Positions 25,429 to 33,729 of a stretch of 33,729 nucleotides of DNA are shown in pieces. The number at the start of each line of letters is the position of its first letter. Position 1 is the first letter of the stretch. The stretch comes from a virus (Duplodnaviria; Caudoviricetes), in IMG/VR virus record IMGVR_UViG_3300037048_000077, positions 1 through 33,729 of that record. One strand, written 5' to 3'. The translations under genes were made by a program, and so were the position numbers. The notes beneath the pieces are model-generated. The model was given only the letters and a program-made list of their open reading frames with translations. It searched no databases and was not told where the DNA came from.

Positions 25429-27462
25429 TTACGCGCCGCGACTTTTGACACCAGCACGGTATTCGGCCAAGTTCGCGCCGAAGTCGAAGTAAGCACGCCA
25501 CGCGACGCCCAACGTGTTCAGGTCGGATTCCAAACCGAAGAACTCCACGATGGGGCTTTGGTTGCCGTCGAGGTACGCCAACTCCAGCGCGGCAACATCC
25601 ATCGGATCGGCCAACAAATACCAAGTCGTGTCCAAGCCGCCGCTGCCCGTGTTGAGGAACGGGGAAACTTCGACTTGAAACGCACCGTTGAAAATGTTGC
25701 CGCTCGGCTCCACCACCCGTGAACTGGTTGAACCAAGGCTGGAGGCAATCATGGCCTGACTGGTCACCAACCGCTTGGCGGTCGTTTCCAGCGCCGGCGG
25801 AACCAAAAGGATTTTCGGTTCCAAACCAAGCGGGTTTCCGTCCGGATCGGTCAGTTCGCGGAACGCTTTGACCGCAGCGGTCAAGCCGTCCACGCCCAAC
25901 ACGCTTCCGGCGCCGCTCAGGTAATTCTTGTTGGCACTTGTAAAGAATGAAGAACCGGCACCGGTTGCATTCACGACGCCGAATGCAACTTTTTCGCGGG
26001 ACCGGGCGGCATTTCGGCCAAGCCGAGTGGCCATATCCAGAAACGCGCCGATGCTATCGTTTTTCATGTCCTGACGAGAAATGCGAACCAACGCGCCGCG
26101 AGTGTCCACCTTCCGATTGTACGATTCCTCGGAAAGGCTTAAATGTTTCAGCTCCCCATTTGGCGCGACCTGCTCCAGATCACCGGACATTGACAACTGA
26201 TACACGGTCTGTTGGTAAAAATTTTGCAGGCTGACGGCCTTGGCGATTTTCGTTGAAACCGCATTGAACGCGCCAAACGACGCGCCCAAAGCTTTATTCG
26301 CCACGTTGCCCAAGATGCCAGGCACGGCGGCGGTCGAAAACGCGGCGCGAATCCAGTCAGTGCCGAAACCCATCGGCAACTCAACACCGGCGGACGCGCA
26401 AATGAATCGAATCATGTCGCGCAATCCAAGGTTGCGCATCTTGTGCGCGTGGTCCAAGACTTCCGGCTTCGTGTTCGCTTCGATTTTCAGCCCTTGCTTC
26501 AGGCACAGCGCGGCCTCGATGACTTCCGGCGTGTGGTTGTCCTTGCCAATGATGATCGCCGGAGTGGAGGGCGTAGAGGCGCGAAGGAATTCCACTTCGG
26601 CCTTTTCCGCAGTCCATTTTTCGGCAACAGCCTTGGCGTGGATGTGCGCATACTTCGGTCCAAACTTTTCCGCCAGCGCATTGATCGCACTGATGCGACT
26701 GATTTCCGCGACGGCCTTGACACGCAGCTCGTCACCAACTTCGTCTTTCACTTCGGGTTTTTCGACAACCACCGGCTTGAAAGAAGCCGTGATCTTGTCG
26801 AACTCCGCTTGCGCCTGTTCGTTCGTCCAACTTTCCTTCTCCGCGTTCGCTAACAACAGGCCCAACAAAGCCTTGTTGCCGCCGCAGAGTTTCGCCAAAA
26901 GCTCTTTGACAGTCATGGCATTCTCCTTTTCAGCATGGGCGGCGACGGAAACACTCGTGTTTTCGTCCGCTCCCAAATCCACGAAAGAAATTTCCCGCAA
27001 CTTGGACTTGAGAGCCACCACAAGCGGCCCTTCAAAAACTTTCCCGTTGACGGTTACTTTTTGATTTTCCTTGATGTATTCCGTTTTGACTGGGGCAGCA
27101 CCAATGGATGCTTGCCATTCAAACCCGTTTTTGGCGGCAGTGATGACTTTCTTTGCCGCTTCGCTTTCAAAAGAAATTACGCCGTTGGCCGTGATAGAAT
27201 CCTTGCCGATGATGACTTCTTCGGCATGGCCGATGGCTTCCACGTGGTCCAGGCGGATCGCAACCCGCTTGGCTTGGACCATGCCGGACAAGTCAACCAC
27301 CACCGGACTTCCCCAACCAACGTTCATCGGCCCGCCGGTGTACGCGGTCATTTCGAATCGCGGCAGACTTTTTTCATCTTTGGCGTCAAGGAATTTAAAA
27401 CTTCCCTGAATGAACATTTCTTTTTTCGTTTCCTGTGCGGCTAAAATCATGCGGTGTTTCAT
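25429..27462 (-). CDS. Prohead protease-scaffold-major capsid fusion (Mu gpT-like capsid domain)
   Basis: AYTGG..DLSG..LDH..WQASIG..LREISFVDLGAD protease; C-terminal ILLVPPALE..WYLLADP..YLDG..FDFG capsid. Confidence 0.88.
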   Translation of the reverse strand: MKHRMILAAQETKKEMFIQGSFKFLDAKDEKSLPRFEMTAYTGGPMNVGWGSPVVVDLSGMVQAKRVAIRLDHVEAIGHAEEVIIGKDSITANGVISFESEAAKKVITAAKNGFEWQASIGAAPVKTEYIKENQKVTVNGKVFEGPLVVALKSKLREISFVDLGADENTSVSVAAHAEKENAMTVKELLAKLCGGNKALLGLLLANAEKESWTNEQAQAEFDKITASFKPVVVEKPEVKDEVGDELRVKAVAEISRISAINALAEKFGPKYAHIHAKAVAEKWTAEKAEVEFLRASTPSTPAIIIGKDNHTPEVIEAALCLKQGLKIEANTKPEVLDHAHKMRNLGLRDMIRFICASAGVELPMGFGTDWIRAAFSTAAVPGILGNVANKALGASFGAFNAVSTKIAKAVSLQNFYQQTVYQLSMSGDLEQVAPNGELKHLSLSEESYNRKVDTRGALVRISRQDMKNDSIGAFLDMATRLGRNAARSREKVAFGVVNATGAGSSFFTSANKNYLSGAGSVLGVDGLTAAVKAFRELTDPDGNPLGLEPKILLVPPALETTAKRLVTSQAMIASSLGSTSSRVVEPSGNIFNGAFQVEVSPFLNTGSGGLDTTWYLLADPMDVAALELAYLDGNQSPIVEFFGLESDLNTLGVAWRAYFDFGANLAEYRAGVKSRGA

Positions 27463-27464
27463 GG

Positions 27465-28877
27465 TTATTCCTCCTGTTCGGCCGGGGCGTCTTGATCTTC
27501 ATTCACCGGCGGAACGGTTTGTTTGGGCTGTTCGGCAACTTCGATTCCCAACTCTTTTTCCAAGTCTTTTTCGGCGGCGCGTTGGGTCAATTCTTCTTCC
27601 CAATCCAACCCGCGCTTGGCATATTCGGCCTTCAGCGTTGTGGTGTTATTTTTCAAGCGCGTCTCTTGCGCACTGGCTTCTTTCGAAGGGTCAATGTGTT
27701 CCCAACCATCCCAAAACCATTGTGGATATTCGGGAATTACCAACCCAAGCGCCTCTTGTGTTTCCAAGCGCCAACGTTTGAAAATTCGATTTAAAACCGT
27801 GCGTTCCAAATGCGCCTGCTCAACACGGATGGATTTGTAATAGGTCTGATGGTCAAGCCTACCGCTGGAATAGTTGTAGCCGCCGGAATTACACGCGGCA
27901 ATATTGAACGGCATGTTCAAGCACCGGGCGATTTCGTTTAGGATTTCTTTTTTAAATTCGGCGTAAGTGGTCACCGGCTGCTCGGCCTTCATCTGCGTCA
28001 TCTTCCAACCCGCCGGCATGGTCGTAAGCATCCGGCGTTCGATTTCCAAGACTTCCATCGGCTCAAGCGGGTCGGCCCCGTCGGGCGGCGCATCCGATTC
28101 AATCACGCCTGCGTGGTCGGCGGCGGTTTCGGCGGCGGCAATCACGGCCAACGTGAAGCGGCGCAACTGCGCAAACAGCGGCAGCGCTGGGGTAATTTCA
28201 GGGATGCCGCGAATTTGACCGGGTCGGTCGGCACGGAACCAGTGGATCACCTGTTCGGCGGGAACTTCGTCGCCGTCGGCAATGGAAAAAGCTTCGGAAG
28301 GATTTTTTTTCAAAATGAAATATGATTTCGGCTCGCCGTACTGATCGAATCTTATGCCCGAATCATCACCAGAAAAAGCGACGCCTTTTCCTTCAGCGGC
28401 AACTGTCGGGAAGACCACGCGCTCCGCTTCTACAATCAAAATTCCGAAACTTTTTTCTTTACGTTGGAACACCAAAAACGATTCACCATCGCCCGCTTTG
28501 GTTTGGCGCATCAAATGCAATTTTTCCGCCAGCCGGTTTTCTTCGGCCCATGCGGAAAACAGGAATTCAATTTTTCTATTGTCAGTCTTGTTCGCACCCT
28601 GCAATTGCAAACGCGGACCGGTCCCTACGCAGTCATTGGCCAGCGTCAAGATGATTCCCTTGGCGTAGGTGTTGTTGGCGATTTCGTACCGTGCGCGGTT
28701 GCGGAGGGTGTAGCGCACGGCCCCAGAATTAGATTGCGCGGCAGATAGTGCGTCTGATGCTTTCCAATGATTTACGTTATCATCATTGGTTTTTGCGGCG
28801 TCATAACCGGCGCGAATTAAGCGCACCTGAGGATGATGGCGGGAATACCCAAAAAGTTTTAGCACCTTTTGCAGCAT
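27465..28877 (-). CDS. Lambda-family portal protein
   Basis: LRNRARYEIANN.YAKG, RPGQIRGIP, YNYSSGRLD, IDPSKE. Confidence 0.92.
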   Translation of the reverse strand: MLQKVLKLFGYSRHHPQVRLIRAGYDAAKTNDDNVNHWKASDALSAAQSNSGAVRYTLRNRARYEIANNTYAKGIILTLANDCVGTGPRLQLQGANKTDNRKIEFLFSAWAEENRLAEKLHLMRQTKAGDGESFLVFQRKEKSFGILIVEAERVVFPTVAAEGKGVAFSGDDSGIRFDQYGEPKSYFILKKNPSEAFSIADGDEVPAEQVIHWFRADRPGQIRGIPEITPALPLFAQLRRFTLAVIAAAETAADHAGVIESDAPPDGADPLEPMEVLEIERRMLTTMPAGWKMTQMKAEQPVTTYAEFKKEILNEIARCLNMPFNIAACNSGGYNYSSGRLDHQTYYKSIRVEQAHLERTVLNRIFKRWRLETQEALGLVIPEYPQWFWDGWEHIDPSKEASAQETRLKNNTTTLKAEYAKRGLDWEEELTQRAAEKDLEKELGIEVAEQPKQTVPPVNEDQDAPAEQEE

Positions 28878-29063
28878 TTATTCAGCCCCACCTGCCCGCA
28901 ATTTCGTGAACCGCAACCCACGATGCTTTTTGACCACCGCTGTTTTGGCGGCATCGTATTTGTCGGCGGCGATTTGATCGGGGATCGAATGCTGTTCCAT
29001 TTCGCCCTCGTCTCCCTTGACGCGCTTGGGCAAGTTCGCATTCGTTTTGATCTGGTCGGTCAC
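28878..29063 (-). CDS. Small head-completion (gpW-position) protein
   Basis: 61 aa from GTG 29063 after a GAGG RBS; lies between terminase and portal. Confidence 0.6.
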   Translation of the reverse strand: MTDQIKTNANLPKRVKGDEGEMEQHSIPDQIAADKYDAAKTAVVKKHRGLRFTKLRAGGAE

Positions 29064-29088
29064 CGCTTCACCCTCGGTTTTGGATCCC

Positions 29089-29130
29089 AAAAAAAACGCG
29101 CCGTCGAGGTGTCGGCCCCGACAGGCGCGT
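29089..29130 (-). terminator. Intrinsic terminator-like hairpin upstream of head genes
   Basis: Minus: ACGCGCC-T-GTCG...CGAC-GGCGCGT followed by a T run. Confidence 0.6.
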
Positions 29131-29203
29131 GATTTTTGGTCTTTCAGGACTTCGCGGGGATCGGCCGCAAAGTCAGGAAACCGCTTAAAATTGTCAACGC
29201 AGA

Positions 29204-29233
29204 AAACTACCATACTTTTGCAAAAGATGTCAA
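29204..29233 (-). promoter_or_regulatory. Candidate sigma70-type late promoter
   Basis: TTGACA (29233-29228), 18 nt, TAGTTT preceded by TGG; a second TTGACA at 29197-29192. Confidence 0.4.
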
Positions 29234-29276
29234 GGGGTAAGATTTGCCTAAAATAAATAGTTCTACGGGTAGCGCT

Positions 29277-29579
29277 TTAAATTGTTTTCTCTACAGTAGT
29301 CTGTCGCGTCCCGCACTTCCGGCATTGCCGCCGGCGGAGGATGCGCGCGCCAAACGTTTTGCGCGTGGACAACACTTCAAAGTGCGCACAGCCGCACTTG
29401 CGACAGGCTAGGCCTCGCTGCGTCTCCGGCGCTGCAACTCCGCCAGGCTGATTCGTTTTTTCGGCGCTTCCTTGGCGGCCTGCATCTGGGACAGGCTTGC
29501 TCCCTGTAGATTCGCCGCCACTGCGCACCCCACAAGACAATCGAACCAGTGGTTGTCCGTGTTCGGTCTTTGTTTCCAT
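29277..29579 (-). CDS. Zinc-ribbon protein (Ogr/Delta- or NrdR-N-like); start uncertain
   Basis: CRKCG...TR.....RRRQCRKCGTRQTTVE. Confidence 0.65.
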   Translation of the reverse strand: METKTEHGQPLVRLSCGVRSGGESTGSKPVPDAGRQGSAEKTNQPGGVAAPETQRGLACRKCGCAHFEVLSTRKTFGARILRRRQCRKCGTRQTTVEKTI

Positions 29580-31492
29580 TCGTCCACCACCCTCCCTCGT
29601 CCAAAAGTTTTTACGCGGAATTCAGCCGTCAGGTGTTCCGCGAACAATCGGTGTTCGTGCGGATTCCGGCCGTACAACGTTAAGCATGCCGGATCGCCCG
29701 TGCGCACCATCAACCGTGAATTGATGAAACTTTTCCAAAAATTCGTATCAAACACAACATGCCGCACCGCCCTTTTCCCTGCGGCGTTCGGGATGCGCCA
29801 ATTCAGGCCCAACTTGTCGCCGGGTTGTTTTGTCCATGCGGACATTGGTTTGCCACTGGCCCCGATGTATTTTCCATGCGACGGCAACACGGGATATTTT
29901 GATGTGCGACAGATTTGGTACACGATTTCTGTCGAGTCGCCCCAGTTTGCATCCACTAATGCTTGATTTATCCGGATCACTGCGCCGTCTTGCCGAAAGA
30001 ATTCAAGCGAGAATAAAATTTCAAGCGCCCTTTCCAGCCCGGTAAAAATGCAACCCTCCATCGAAGTATTTTTTAAAACATTTTGCAACGTGAACCGGGC
30101 ATCTCTCGCCGAAAAATATTCCTGTCGCTGTTCGGGAAACGTCCCATAGTCAAGCACCCAACCGTCGAAACTCTCAGACCAAGCAACAATCGTCCAGTAC
30201 AGTATGTTTTTCTGGACGTCAATCATGGCGGTAATCATGGACGCGTTGAGTGGGACAATGCGGCGCTCGATGCCGTTGACTTTGGCGGCAATGTCATCAG
30301 CCGAAAGCGTCTGATTATCCAGCGTGTCATCTTTTTTCATCGGCTCGTTTTGATATTCTGCTTGGAACGCGGCTTCGTTTTTTAATTTCAAGTTCATGGC
30401 ATATTGAATCGCAGAAACTTCGTCTGGATTGTGTCGTTCGGCCCAAGCGACTTCCGCGCCTTCGTCCATCGCGGCTTGATTTTGTCTGTAGAATTCCGTG
30501 GACGATTTCCCATTGTCGCCAATCCGGTACGATTCCGCCTGCAACTTGGCGTATTCGTCCCACAACTTTTCATTTGTCGGGAATTTGTAAATTAACTTGG
30601 TTCTTTCGCCTTGCCACTGCGGGTTTTTCTCACGGTTCAAAACTTGATCGGCAAGGTCGCCGGGACAAACCACGGTGCAAGGCATAATCATCGCAACCCG
30701 CGACTTCGGCCCGGCAAGTCCGGCAACCGCGCCATTAATAATTTTCAACCGTTCATCCACCTGCGACAGTGATCGCGCCGATTGGTCGGTTTGTGGGTCG
30801 TCAATGATTGCCAAGGTTGGCCGTACCAAATAACCGTCGCCCCGCGCGTGGGTCGCACCGCGAATATTTCCCGTGATTCCCGCAACGCGGATAATTGCGC
30901 CGGCGCACCGGCTCCCGGGGATCGTCGGCATCACCAGTTCATCGGACTTCCAGCCAATGGCCGTCAGTGCCCCGTAATATCTCTGGCCCCCACAGCGGCG
31001 GCTTTCACCTTCCAACTTACGAATCGGATAAATGGCTTCCGGATAATCATCCAACAATAAATCATTTGTCGTTAAGTGCGATTTGATATTGGTCAACATA
31101 TCGTTTGCGTACTCAGCACTTGACGCCACCAGAAAAACAAACTGGTGTTTGCCGATGAGTATCGCCCAAAGCACCGCAACTTGGCACAACGTTGTTTTGC
31201 CGCTTCCGCGCGGCATGGCAACGGCAAAAGTTTCGTTATTCAATACAGCACGCTCGATTTTTTCGATAACTTTCAAGTGATCGCTGGACCAAGCCAGCGT
31301 AAACAGGCGGGGAAAATATGTTTCGCAAAAAAATTTAAAATCAAGGTCCGCCTTTATTCTTCGTTCTAAATTTTTAGGAGGCGGACAAGGTGCAATATCC
31401 TGCACCAACCGCGTAAGCGCGATATTTCTTGCTTTTATGCGCCTTTTGTGGCGTTCGTATTCCGGCGAAATAGAACAGTGGGCCTTGGTCAT
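29408..31492 (-). CDS. Terminase large subunit (GpA-like)
   Basis: MPRGSGKTT Walker A, AIIDDPQ Walker B, MIDVQ and NHWFDC nuclease motifs. Confidence 0.92.
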   Translation of the reverse strand: MTKAHCSISPEYERHKRRIKARNIALTRLVQDIAPCPPPKNLERRIKADLDFKFFCETYFPRLFTLAWSSDHLKVIEKIERAVLNNETFAVAMPRGSGKTTLCQVAVLWAILIGKHQFVFLVASSAEYANDMLTNIKSHLTTNDLLLDDYPEAIYPIRKLEGESRRCGGQRYYGALTAIGWKSDELVMPTIPGSRCAGAIIRVAGITGNIRGATHARGDGYLVRPTLAIIDDPQTDQSARSLSQVDERLKIINGAVAGLAGPKSRVAMIMPCTVVCPGDLADQVLNREKNPQWQGERTKLIYKFPTNEKLWDEYAKLQAESYRIGDNGKSSTEFYRQNQAAMDEGAEVAWAERHNPDEVSAIQYAMNLKLKNEAAFQAEYQNEPMKKDDTLDNQTLSADDIAAKVNGIERRIVPLNASMITAMIDVQKNILYWTIVAWSESFDGWVLDYGTFPEQRQEYFSARDARFTLQNVLKNTSMEGCIFTGLERALEILFSLEFFRQDGAVIRINQALVDANWGDSTEIVYQICRTSKYPVLPSHGKYIGASGKPMSAWTKQPGDKLGLNWRIPNAAGKRAVRHVVFDTNFWKSFINSRLMVRTGDPACLTLYGRNPHEHRLFAEHLTAEFRVKTFGRGRVVDEWKQRPNTDNHWFDCLVGCAVAANLQGASLSQMQAAKEAPKKRISLAELQRRRRSEA

Positions 31493-31956
31493 TTAGGAAC
31501 CCCGCCAATACCATTGATCCGAATCAATTCCGCCGCGATTCTAACATGCTCTTCAACAGGAAATTGTTCGCCGCATAGTTTTAACGGTAAAATGTAATTA
31601 GAAATCATTTCAATTTTTTTTTCGGCAACTGACAAATTAAACCCTGTCGAGTCGTCGTTTTTTTCGACATCACCATACAACTGCATCAAACGATTCAACT
31701 CTTTACGCGCTTGCATCGCCGTCGAATAGTCCGATTTCATCATGCCTTTTTTATATAAATCTTTCAGTTGTGAAATAGCAAGTCCAACTTGTTCCGGACG
31801 GGAGCAGTCCGCCTCTCCCGCCATTTTCTTCCGCATGTCTGAAACCATTTTAGCCGCATCGCCTGCGGATGCGCCGGAACTGATCGCAACGCCAATACAG
31901 GTATCTGGCGGATGGCCCTCAAGTAAAAGTTTTTTTAACTGTTCGGATGTAATCAT
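31489..31956 (-). CDS. Putative terminase small subunit
   Basis: 155-aa helical protein coupled directly upstream of the large subunit. Confidence 0.55.
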   Translation of the reverse strand: MITSEQLKKLLLEGHPPDTCIGVAISSGASAGDAAKMVSDMRKKMAGEADCSRPEQVGLAISQLKDLYKKGMMKSDYSTAMQARKELNRLMQLYGDVEKNDDSTGFNLSVAEKKIEMISNYILPLKLCGEQFPVEEHVRIAAELIRINGIGGVPK

Positions 31957-32543
31957 AATTCCTCCGCATTAAACAAGCACTGGTTTTGTGATTTTGGCGC
32001 TTGTTCATCATCAAGCCAAAACCTTTCTGCCTCTGCTTGGTATGAGTCTTCGAGCGGGGCCCTGTTTTCCAACACGGCCCCTTCGTCCAGAAAATGCTTT
32101 AAACCGCGTCCCATCCGCTTGCCCCGGTAGGTGTGCTTGTCCAATGCGTAATCTGGAACAGCATACGGATGCCCGCGCTTGATTCTCCCGCGCACAAAGC
32201 ATTGGAAGTTGTCGGCGAGTCTGCATTTTTTTGCACGCGCCAAAGACAAGACCGCGTTGGCAAGCCCAAGATGCCACGCATCATTTTTCTTGCGCAACCA
32301 ATCCCTTGTGCGCTCAATGCTATTTTGCGCGAACAACACCGCGCTCGGGTCGCCGATCCCTACGTCTTCTTGTGCCATTACTTCAAGCCTACAAAGGACC
32401 GTATGGATTTCGCCGGCGTCGGCTAACTCCTCCGCGCACCACATTGCACATTCTTCATTCCCCCTGCGAATAAATTTTTGCATTGCCGAAACAAGTTCAT
32501 ACGGGCAATGTCCGTTTTTTGTTTTCCCTTTTGCTGCGTACAT
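31953..32543 (-). CDS. MgsA/RarA C-terminal-like helical domain protein
   Basis: SAMQKFIRRG, RLEVMAQEDVGIGDP, PDYALDKHT; no AAA+ domain. Confidence 0.7.
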   Translation of the reverse strand: MYAAKGKTKNGHCPYELVSAMQKFIRRGNEECAMWCAEELADAGEIHTVLCRLEVMAQEDVGIGDPSAVLFAQNSIERTRDWLRKKNDAWHLGLANAVLSLARAKKCRLADNFQCFVRGRIKRGHPYAVPDYALDKHTYRGKRMGRGLKHFLDEGAVLENRAPLEDSYQAEAERFWLDDEQAPKSQNQCLFNAEEL

Positions 32544-32998
32544 TTTTCCCCCTTTCTTTGCGGACTATTCCGCACGAAAATTCTAAATCTCAAAATCTTA
32601 TGACACAATTCTTTTGCCTTCTTCGGTGATCGAAAAAACATTTTCAACCCAAGATCAACTGCAACATTTATTCCATTCTCGATAATTTGGAGGATTGCAC
32701 CGGCATCGGTTATTTTTTTTGAACGCCTTCCAATCATTGAGATTACAGAAACCAAGTCGTCATCAATTCTAACCACGCATTCAGCACGCTTCATGGTCAA
32801 CATGTGCCGCATGACTTCGCAAATATTTTTAGTTGGCGGATGCACAACAACTTTTTCAACACCAACGGCCGCGACGTATTCGGATCGCTCCCGTTCATCA
32901 ACATAAATTCTTGCTGTCGGCAACAGCTTTAAAATCTTGGGTGCGTTATTTACCATGCGCCTAGACGGAATCAAGATTTCGTAATCAATCAAAGCCAT
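32423..32998 (-). CDS. GT-A glycosyltransferase (TAGT/GREB1-like), probably C-terminally truncated
   Basis: ILIPSRR..IYVDERERSEY..VVRIDDDL; after about aa 120 the sequence looks atypical and overruns the next gene by about 120 nt. Confidence 0.55.
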   Translation of the reverse strand: MALIDYEILIPSRRMVNNAPKILKLLPTARIYVDERERSEYVAAVGVEKVVVHPPTKNICEVMRHMLTMKRAECVVRIDDDLVSVISMIGRRSKKITDAGAILQIIENGINVAVDLGLKMFFRSPKKAKELCHKILRFRIFVRNSPQRKGEKCTQQKGKQKTDIARMNLFRQCKNLFAGGMKNVQCGARRS

Positions 32999-32999
32999 G

Positions 33000-33647
33000 T
33001 TATTTTTCCCCCTTGATAATTTTGATTAACTTCGAAGCGTCAACTGCCCGGCCAAGACCAACTTTCACTTTTCCAACAATCGGCGAACAGTTGACTTTTT
33101 TCAATTCAAGCAACTCTGCAAGCATTTCCCAATCTGTTGTGGTTCGAGCCAACACTAAAACATAATCGTAATGCTCAAACGGCCGGAGTTCCATTTCCGG
33201 AAGAATGCCCGCCTGTTTTTCTGCCGATTCATTGGAATTCAATTCCTCGCTTGAACCGGTGCCGGCAGCCGTAATAGCCAACAACTCTCGCAAGGCTAAA
33301 CTGTCTGCCGTCATGCCTTCGATAAGTTTTGCATACGCGTCTGGATCGCCCGTTGCCATTGCGCCAACCGGGTCCAACGTCGCGAGGATTTTCTTTTCTG
33401 CTTCCTCGCTCCAATCGCCAACCAAAACCGGTATCGGGGTTTTGGGGTCCGATACGGACTTTCTGGCGTGTCCGTCAATCAGCCGTTTGGTGCGTTTATT
33501 GTAAAGACATGCGCCAGCCCACCCGATTTCTGGATCATTCGTCAAATCACGGATCGCATCAAGTTGTTCTGGCGAATGCTGTCGCCAGTTTGCAGGGTTG
33601 TCGGCAAGCGAACCCGCTTCAATCCACTCGAGCTTTAACTTTCCCAT
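33000..33647 (-). CDS. ParB-like N-terminal domain protein
   Basis: NPANWRQH...LIDGHAR; C-terminal FEHYDYVLV..DW...GLGRAV domain. Confidence 0.8.
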   Translation of the reverse strand: MGKLKLEWIEAGSLADNPANWRQHSPEQLDAIRDLTNDPEIGWAGACLYNKRTKRLIDGHARKSVSDPKTPIPVLVGDWSEEAEKKILATLDPVGAMATGDPDAYAKLIEGMTADSLALRELLAITAAGTGSSEELNSNESAEKQAGILPEMELRPFEHYDYVLVLARTTTDWEMLAELLELKKVNCSPIVGKVKVGLGRAVDASKLIKIIKGEK

Positions 33648-33729
33648 TTTTTTCTCCTTTTCAACAAGCCAGACTACAAAAAAAAAATCCCAAAACGTGA
33701 AATAAAGAAATTTTATTGCACGTTGTAAA

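Noticed and set aside
26355-26390. Partial gapped match of array 3 to the capsid segment LPMGFG
   Set aside because: Only 4 dinucleotides match; chance level.
28005-28032. Partial gapped match of array 2 (AT.CC.GC.GG) to portal MPAG
   Set aside because: Flanking units mismatch; chance level.

Overview
Most of a temperate tailed (lambda-portal, siphovirus-like) phage genome, apparently in its non-integrated form, because an intact attP-like site lies between the integrase and the tail genes. From right to left on the minus strand: ParB / glycosyltransferase / MgsA-C genes, terminase, portal, protease-capsid fusion, a five-gene glycosylation/methylation cassette, head-tail genes, tail fibres, tail tube, tape measure and an Asp-box propeller. 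A plus-strand cI + tyrosine integrase pair follows, then the 5' half of tRNA-Thr(TGT). The leftward early operon encodes Cro-like, ParB-like, Xis-like, RecT-like, DUF2800/Cas4-like, RusA-like and a partial PolX protein. The most striking element is in that early operon (3221-4619). A stand-alone Cas7/RAMP-like gene and a winged-HTH-like gene are interleaved with three non-coding arrays of a strict 5-nt unit (constant GAC + variable NN). Each array ends in a shared 3' handle and hairpin. No other cas gene and no CRISPR array is present. This looks like a minimal RNA-guided system with a gapped dinucleotide code. All product calls come from motifs recognised by eye; no database searches were run.
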